NCBI GenBank assembly: GCA_052390515.1
Contig: JBQTGV010000209.1
Span: 1 to 17,836 of the forward strand
Direction of reading: 5' to 3'
From: Candidatus Eiseniibacteriota bacterium
GTDB lineage: Bacteria; ARS69
Length of the DNA stretch: 17,836 nucleotides
The notes beneath the pieces are model-generated. The model saw only the letters and a list, made by a program, of their open reading frames with translations. It had not been told where the DNA came from and searched no databases. Below are positions 14,221 through 17,836 of the stretch, in pieces. The stretch's first letter is position 1. Every line of letters starts with the position of its first letter. A program made the position numbers and the translations under genes.

Positions 14221-16818
14221 ATGCAGAGCGCCGGCGTGAAAGAGACGTGGAAGGACGGAGCGCGCTACCCGTTCGCCGAGGCGGAGCGGAAGTGGCAGGA
14301 ACGCTGGCTGCGCGAGCAGACCTTCCGCACTCCCGAGAATCTCGAAGGGCGGCCGAAGTACTACGTGCTGGTCATGTTCCCGTACCCCTCGGGGGCGGGC
14401 CTGCATGTCGGGCACCCCGAGTCCTACACCGCGGCCGACATCCTGGCGAGGTACAAGCGGATGCGGGGATTCGCCGTGCTGCACCCCATGGGGTGGGACG
14501 CGTTCGGGCTTCCCGCCGAACAGTACGCGGTGCAGACCGGGACGCACCCGCGCATCACCACCCGGCGCAACATCGACACTTTCCGCCGGCAGGTCCGCAT
14601 GCTGGGACTCTCGTACGACTGGGAGCGCGAGATCGACACCACCGATCCGTCGTACTACCGCTGGACGCAGTGGATCTTCTTGCGGCTGCTCGGCTCCTTC
14701 TATGACGAGACCACGGGGCGGGCGCGTCCGATCGAGGAGCTGGTCGTCCCCGAGGACGTGAGGGCGAAGGGCGACGCGACGGTCCGGGCGTACCGTGACT
14801 CGCGACGGCTCGCGTACCAGTCCGAGATTCCGGTGAACTGGTGCGCCGCGCTCGGAACCGTGCTGGCGAACGAGGAGATCGTCGACGGCAAGAGCGAGCG
14901 CGGCGGGTATCCGGTGGAGCGCCTTCCGCTCCGGCAGTGGATGCTGCGGATCACCGCGTACGCGGATCGGCTGCTTGCCGACCTCGACGAGGTGGACTGG
15001 CCCGAGCCGATCAAGCTGCAGCAGCGGAACTGGATCGGAAAGAGCGAGGGCGCGGAGGTGGACTTCCCGCCCGCGGCCGGGGCCTCCGGCACGGACGCTC
15101 GCCGTCCGTTCCAGGAGGAAGCGCTCGCGGGCACCATCCGCGTCTACACGACGCGGCCGGACACCATCTTCGGCGCCACGTTCCTCGTGCTGTCGCCGGA
15201 GCACCCCCTGGTGGAGCGCTTCACCACGCCGGATCGTCGCGAGGCGATGCTACGCTACCGCGACGCGTCCGCGCGCAAGAGCGAGATCGAGCGGACCGAT
15301 CTCGCGCGGGAGAAGACCGGGGTCCCGACGGGCGGCTTCGCCTGGAACCCGGCCACCGGCGAGAACGTGCCGGTGTGGGTGGCGGACTACGTGCTCATGG
15401 GCTATGGCACCGGCGCGATCATGGGAGTCCCCGGCCACGACGAGCGCGACCACGAGTTCGCGCGGAAGTACGGGCTGGAGATCCGGTCGATCCTCGCCGA
15501 CGGCGGGGATCCGGTGCCTCCGGGCGCGGACCAGTCGGGTGCGCGCTTCGTGCGCTCGTCCGGACCGCAGGTCAGCCTCGACGGGCTGGACGTGCCCGCG
15601 GGCAAGCGGCGGATCATCGAGTGGCTGGAGCGCAGCGGGTGGGGCCGGGCCGCGTCGAACACGAAGCTCCGCGACTGGATCTTCAGCCGGCAGCGCTACT
15701 GGGGCGAGCCGATCCCCGTCCTCCACGGCGAGAACGGCGAGATCGTTCCGGTCGACGACTCCGAGCTGCCGCTCGTGCTTCCGGAGATGGAGGACTTCTC
15801 GCCGTCCGGCCGCCCCGAGCCCATGCTGGCCAAGGCGAAAGAGTGGGCGGAAGTCGTCGATCCGCAGACCGGAAAGCGCTGGGTGCGGGAGACGAACACC
15901 ATGCCGCAATGGGCCGGCTCCTGCTGGTACTACCTGCGTTACATCGATCCGGCGAACGGCGCGCAGCCGTTCGATCCGGCGAAGGAGCGCGCGTGGATGC
16001 CGGTCGACATCTACATCGGCGGCGCCGAGCACGCCGTGCTGCACCTCCTGTACGCGCGCTTCTGGCACAAGGTCCTGTACGACCTCGGGTACGTGTCGAC
16101 CACGGAGCCGTTCCGGAAGCTCATGAACCAGGGGATGATCTTGGGCGAGGACGGCGACAAGATGTCCAAGGCGCGCGGCAATGTGATCAACCCGGACGAC
16201 GTCGTCGAAGAGCACGGCGCCGACGCGCTTCGCCTGTACGAGATGTTCATGGGGCCGCTGGAGGTGGACAAGCCCTGGTCGACGAAGGGCATCCACGGCA
16301 TCTCGCGCTTCCTGGATCGGGCCTGGCGCGCGGCGCAGTTCGCCGAGCCGGAGGGCGATCCGTTCGCGCGTGCCAGGCACCGCACCATCCGCAAGGTCAC
16401 CGAGGACATCGAGAGGGTGCGCCTGAACACGGCGATCTCGGCCCTGATGGAGTTCGTGAACGAGCTCACCCGGACCGAGAGGGCATCGGTGGAGGACAAG
16501 CGCACGCTCACGCTGCTGCTTTCGCCCTTCGCCCCGCACCTCGCCGAGGAGGTCTGGGAGCGGCTCGGGGCACGGGCTTCGCTGGCCTACGAGCCCTGGC
16601 CGGAGTTCGATGCCCGGCTGGCGGCGGCGGACTCCGTCACCATCGTGATCCAGATCGACGGGAAGGTCCGCGGCAAGTTCGAGGTCGAGGCCGGCGCTCC
16701 GAACGACGAGCTCGAGCGGCGGGCGCTCGCCGACGATTCGGTCCGCCGCCATCTCGAAGGGCGCACCCCGAGTAAGGTCGTGGTGATTCCCGGGCGCCTG
16801 GTGAACCTCGTCACCTGA
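14221..16818 (+). CDS. leuS: Leucine--tRNA ligase
   Basis: [14 protein letters not shown] (HIGH), [12 protein letters not shown], editing domain YTTRPDT and [55 protein letters not shown] (KMSKS). Confidence 0.97.
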   Translation: MQSAGVKETWKDGARYPFAEAERKWQERWLREQTFRTPENLEGRPKYYVLVMFPYPSGAGLHVGHPESYTAADILARYKRMRGFAVLHPMGWDAFGLPAEQYAVQTGTHPRITTRRNIDTFRRQVRMLGLSYDWEREIDTTDPSYYRWTQWIFLRLLGSFYDETTGRARPIEELVVPEDVRAKGDATVRAYRDSRRLAYQSEIPVNWCAALGTVLANEEIVDGKSERGGYPVERLPLRQWMLRITAYADRLLADLDEVDWPEPIKLQQRNWIGKSEGAEVDFPPAAGASGTDARRPFQEEALAGTIRVYTTRPDTIFGATFLVLSPEHPLVERFTTPDRREAMLRYRDASARKSEIERTDLAREKTGVPTGGFAWNPATGENVPVWVADYVLMGYGTGAIMGVPGHDERDHEFARKYGLEIRSILADGGDPVPPGADQSGARFVRSSGPQVSLDGLDVPAGKRRIIEWLERSGWGRAASNTKLRDWIFSRQRYWGEPIPVLHGENGEIVPVDDSELPLVLPEMEDFSPSGRPEPMLAKAKEWAEVVDPQTGKRWVRETNTMPQWAGSCWYYLRYIDPANGAQPFDPAKERAWMPVDIYIGGAEHAVLHLLYARFWHKVLYDLGYVSTTEPFRKLMNQGMILGEDGDKMSKARGNVINPDDVVEEHGADALRLYEMFMGPLEVDKPWSTKGIHGISRFLDRAWRAAQFAEPEGDPFARARHRTIRKVTEDIERVRLNTAISALMEFVNELTRTERASVEDKRTLTLLLSPFAPHLAEEVWERLGARASLAYEPWPEFDARLAAADSVTIVIQIDGKVRGKFEVEAGAPNDELERRALADDSVRRHLEGRTPSKVVVIPGRLVNLVT

Positions 16819-16826
16819 GTCGCCTT

Positions 16827-16854
16827 CGCGTGAGCTTCCGCGCGTGAGCTTCCG
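16827..16854 (+). repeat. Perfect 14-bp tandem direct repeat (CGCGTGAGCTTCCG x2)
   Basis: Copies at 16827-16840 and 16841-16854, just after the leuS stop. Confidence 0.9.
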
Positions 16855-16907
16855 CCGCGGAGGTCCGCCTGCCGTGACTTTCTGCCGCGAAACGGGGCCG
16901 GAGCCCG

Positions 16908-16936
16908 TTGTCCGTGCCCGCAGGGCGGCATATCGT
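16908..16936 (+). promoter_or_regulatory. Putative sigma70-type promoter for the monooxygenase
   Basis: TTGTCC (16908-16913), 17-nt spacer, TATCGT (16931-16936). Confidence 0.5.
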
Positions 16937-17036
16937 GAAGCAGCCGCTCGCGGGTCCTGCCGTGGGACATCGCGCCTCCCGGTTGCCCCGCTCGGTCTCT
17001 TCGCGAGGGCTCACCTCGCCGGAGAGGAGGTGGGCC

Positions 17037-17836
17037 GTGGTCCCCAAGCACGAAACCGACGTCGTCGTCGCGGGGGCCGGCCCCGTGGGCATGGTCTGCG
17101 CGCTGGATCTCGTCCGCCGAGGGCTTTCGGTCGAGATCCTCGACGAGGAACGCAGGCCGGCGAGCCACAGCTACGCGCTCGCCCTGCATTCGCGATCGAT
17201 CGAGTTGTTGCAGGATCTGGGAGTGCGCGTCTCCGGGCATCCTCACGCGCTTCCGATCGAGAGCCTCGCGTTCTACGAGGGCGCGGAGCGGCAGGCCTCG
17301 CTGGACTTCTCCGCGCTGCAGGGGCAGCGACCCGGCGTGCTCGTACTGCGTCAGAGCCACCTGGAGCGCGCGCTGGAGGAGGAGCTCGCGCGGCACGGCG
17401 TGAAGGTGCGCTGGAACCACCGCGTGTCGGGCTTCGTGGAGAGACCCGACCGCGTCGAGATCGAGGTGCAGCGGCTGGACAGCCTCTCCACAGGCTACGC
17501 CGTGGCCCGCAGCGAGCGCGAGGTCACCCACCTGGAGCACCGCACCGCCGCGTTCCTGGTGGGCGCGGACGGGCAGGAGTCGCTGGTGCGCAGGACACTG
17601 GGAATCCCGCTGCGCATGGCGGGGCCCGCGCTGCGATTCGCGGTGTTCGAGTTCCAGTCCGGCGTGGACCCCGGGCGTGAAGTGCGCGTCGTGCTGGACG
17701 ACACGACCACCAGCGTGCAGTGGCCGCTGAAGGACGCACGTTGCCGCTGGAGCTTCCAGCTGGACGCCCCGGACGTCGAGGGCGGCCACCACAAGAGCCG
17801 GGCCGCGGCGCCGGTCGGCAAGGACTACTTCCCGGT
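17037..17836 (+). CDS. FAD-dependent monooxygenase (FAD_binding_3 / aromatic hydroxylase-like), 5' part, runs off the window
   Basis: Not in the ORF track (no stop in the window). Manual translation from GTG 17037: MVPKHETDVVVAGAGPVGMVCALDL (GxGxxG), LRQSHLERAL, FLVGADGQESLVRR (DG motif); GGAGG RBS. Confidence 0.88.
   Translation, partial: MVPKHETDVVVAGAGPVGMVCALDLVRRGLSVEILDEERRPASHSYALALHSRSIELLQDLGVRVSGHPHALPIESLAFYEGAERQASLDFSALQGQRPGVLVLRQSHLERALEEELARHGVKVRWNHRVSGFVERPDRVEIEVQRLDSLSTGYAVARSEREVTHLEHRTAAFLVGADGQESLVRRTLGIPLRMAGPALRFAVFEFQSGVDPGREVRVVLDDTTTSVQWPLKDARCRWSFQLDAPDVEGGHHKSRAAAPVGKDYFP

Noticed and set aside
14690-14810. Extra segment in LeuS ([17 protein letters not shown]...) and KMSKA instead of KMSKS
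   Set aside because: Comparable insertions and motif variants occur in LeuRS of several bacterial phyla; far too short for an intein and without its motifs.
1-17836. CRISPR arrays, tRNA/rRNA genes, transposases or integrases
   Set aside because: No repeat-spacer periodicity, RNA gene signature or recombinase motif seen; intergenic gaps are short.

Overview
High-GC bacterial DNA (roughly 70% GC by eye), Gram-negative given an LptE-like lipoprotein. Most of the window is an exosortase/PEP-CTERM-associated exopolysaccharide (EPS) locus: the 3' end of a hexapeptide-repeat acyltransferase, a FemAB-like protein, an oppositely oriented sulfotransferase, a sigma54 activator with a degenerate receiver domain behind a good -24/-12 promoter, a TIGR03087-type glycosyltransferase, a polysaccharide deacetylase, an exosortase, EpsI, an exported protein with a tandem duplicated membrane module and a priming sugar transferase. 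A signalling unit follows (STAS protein, GAF-like/GGDEF protein, NDP-sugar epimerase, second sigma54 response regulator), then lptE, leuS and the 5' part of an FAD-dependent monooxygenase. Most notable: the GGDEF domain has Ser where canonical diguanylate cyclases have the guanine-reading Asp (the Hypr/3',3'-cGAMP synthase signature). Two genes upstream, the priming transferase has a ~30-aa insertion of repeated (D/N)RR motifs resembling cyclic-dinucleotide-binding peptides. Together they suggest, by inference only, cyclic-dinucleotide (possibly cGAMP) control of EPS synthesis. All family assignments come from motif recognition, not database searches.
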